Below are positions 62,141 to 64,000 of a DNA stretch of 64,000 nt, one piece after another. How positions within the stretch are numbered: position 1 is the stretch's first letter; each line of letters starts with the position of its first letter. Under the pieces are notes generated by a model. That model was not told the DNA's origin. It did not search any database and saw only the letters and a list, made by a program, of their open reading frames with translations. The stretch lies in assembly GCA_004022145.1 (NCBI GenBank), contig RCNU01000021.1. The stretch is one strand, 5' to 3'. A program made the translations under genes and the position numbers. Source of the stretch: Paecilomyces variotii (lineage: Eukaryota).

Positions 62141-63272
62141 ATGGCGGCAACAACGACGATTGAGGTCCCGCATTTAGGCGGCATCAGAGTTGGCTATGCC
62201 CTCTCTGGAGATCGCTACGATGACTCGAAGCCCACTGTCGTTCTAATCAATTCGATGTGTACGACAGTCTCTCTGTATCGTGAGCAGTTCAGCGACACTA
62301 AACTCACGGATGTCGTGAACCTGCTTGCCATTGAGCCTCTGGGTCATGGCGCCACGAGTACAAAGGCAGAGCACTGGACGTACTGGGATACGGCAACCAT
62401 GGCCCTGCAGGTCATGGATAAGTTGGGGATTCAGAAGGCATTTGCTCTAGGAACCAGCCAGGGAGGATGGATTGTTGTCCGCATGGCTATGCTGGCGCCG
62501 GAACGGGTATGTTCCAGTCCTCTTCTGTGGCAGGGGCAAACAGAATGTCGCTGGCAGAATTCGAAGAAAATTGTAGCAGTAAATTGTCCTATGGCTGACA
62601 CAAAAATCTCCTGTTTGGTCAAATAGATACTCGGTGTCATTCCCCTCGGCACATCTATGGACAGTGAATCGGCCGACTCGCGCACGAAGAACTGCTGGGA
62701 TCCTTTCCCCATCATCAAGCCTTTTTATGAGAAGTGGTCCAGCGCTACCGAAACTCCAGACTTCGTGATCGATGACGTCTGGTGTGGACTGGTTGCGACC
62801 CTCGGTTTTGGCAACGGTGTGTCACCGGAGACGGTCGAGTTTTGGAAATCCACCGTGAGAGACGTTTATCGGGGCGATGAGGGCAGAAGGAAGGCCCGCA
62901 TGGCATGTATCTGTCTCCTAGAGCGTGACGGCTTGCTCTTGAGATTGCCGGATGTCAAGTGCCCCGTGTACTGGTTGCAAGTAAGTAGCATACTGGGTTC
63001 CGCGCGGGGATTGCACCCCTGTAGTCTATGAATCTCCCCTGCCACATCCTTGTTTACGACCCGTCCTTCAATGCAGGCTACTAATGATGTGAAAACAGGG
63101 AACCGAAGATGTGCCTTATGGCCAGGTCGTTCCCGCCGAACAAATTAAAATGTTCACCGCGTCAAAGGAAGCAAAGCTCGTCCCTGTCCAGGGTGGTGCT
63201 CACTATCTGAATGCGACTAGCCCGACTGAAATCGCAGATGCTATTCTGGAGATGGTTCGCAAGCATCAATAG
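62141..63272 (+). CDS. Alpha/beta-fold hydrolase, 3 exons
   Basis: LGHG, nucleophile elbow GTSQGG, WLQ|GTED and GGAHYL; stop TAG at 63270-63272. Confidence 0.9.
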
Positions 63273-64000
63273 AAGGATCGATCAGTTAGAGATACACAAT
63301 CATGTTGCTCGTGTCAATGCATATTATCACAAGTCTGCTGATTATGCTTGACGAACAACGCAACTGCTAATTCATGCGTCCCTGCCACCTCTAAAATTCC
63401 GCTCAACTTCCGGGTTAGGAATAGCGAGTCTCATAGATGTAGTTAGATAGCTTTCTGGAGCTTGGATATTCCACGCAATCAAACAGCTTATCGAAGAGCT
63501 CCAAATACCATGTTTATCAATGAGCTGGGAGGATACTGGTCTGATGATAGAATATCCTCATGACCATATGCCAACTAACCGTGACTAACCGATCGTGAGG
63601 GGAAGGGACCAGAGTACATATGAGCGGCCTGCTTCTTCTAAGCGACATATACCTGAAACTTCAAGGTCTTCCTATTCGACAGCCATATAAACCAGTTATA
63701 AGCCGAAGAGAGTAACCAGAATTCTGATTCTGAGCAAAGGTTCTAAAGACTACTGACAGCCTGAGTCATACATATTATAGATACGAGAGGTCTACGGGGA
63801 ACTTGAATTGATATACAAGCATCCATTGAGATTTTGTAGTAGGACTTTAGTTATTGTCAAACATTCCGAGGCGAACAAATGCGAAACTTGAGAAATAGTG
63901 ATCACCAAATCTCTATAATATACTACAGAACAGATGTAACTCACATAACCCAATCAGCACCAGGTCGACTAAGTCATAAGCTTAGTTGATTTATTGCCAG

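Noticed and set aside
59390-63272. PTH11-like and alpha/beta hydrolase genes as members of the PKS cluster
   Set aside because: They are about 18 kb away, separated by unrelated genes, and lack the dense CTGACA arrays.

Overview
This window is the left end of a chromosome from a filamentous ascomycete, probably a Eurotiomycete (introns, RIP signature, Aspergillus-like genes). Bases 1-71 are a telomere made mostly of CCCTAAA (TTTAGGG) units. Bases ~72-10.4 kb are a heavily RIP-mutated AT-rich block. It contains a full-length Ty3/Gypsy chromovirus relic (1497-9312, minus strand) with 133-bp LTRs, an ACTAT target-site duplication and a PPT; gag CCHC, RT, integrase and chromodomain are still readable once RIP is reversed. 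A DUF3425/bZIP gene and a DHA1 MFS gene follow, then an orphan PD-(D/E)xK-like ORF. Next is a ~25-kb secondary-metabolite cluster (16.4-41.5 kb): HR-PKS, two SDRs flanking a cupin, a bZIP regulator that the ORF track misses, a P450, a DUF3505/fungal-TF protein, a third SDR and a secreted FAD oxidase. This gene set matches the salicylaldehyde/salicyl-alcohol family (srd, vir, fog), but without a prenyltransferase or second cupin. The cluster promoters share CTGACA motifs, including an identical 14-mer in two of them. A BVMO pseudogene lies at the cluster edge. The rest holds an F-box gene, a pogo relic, an alpha-glucoside permease, a TRI12-like MFS, gene fragments, an AxlA-type GH31 alpha-xylosidase, a PTH11-like membrane protein and an alpha/beta hydrolase. 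All family assignments come from motif recognition by eye; no database searches were run.
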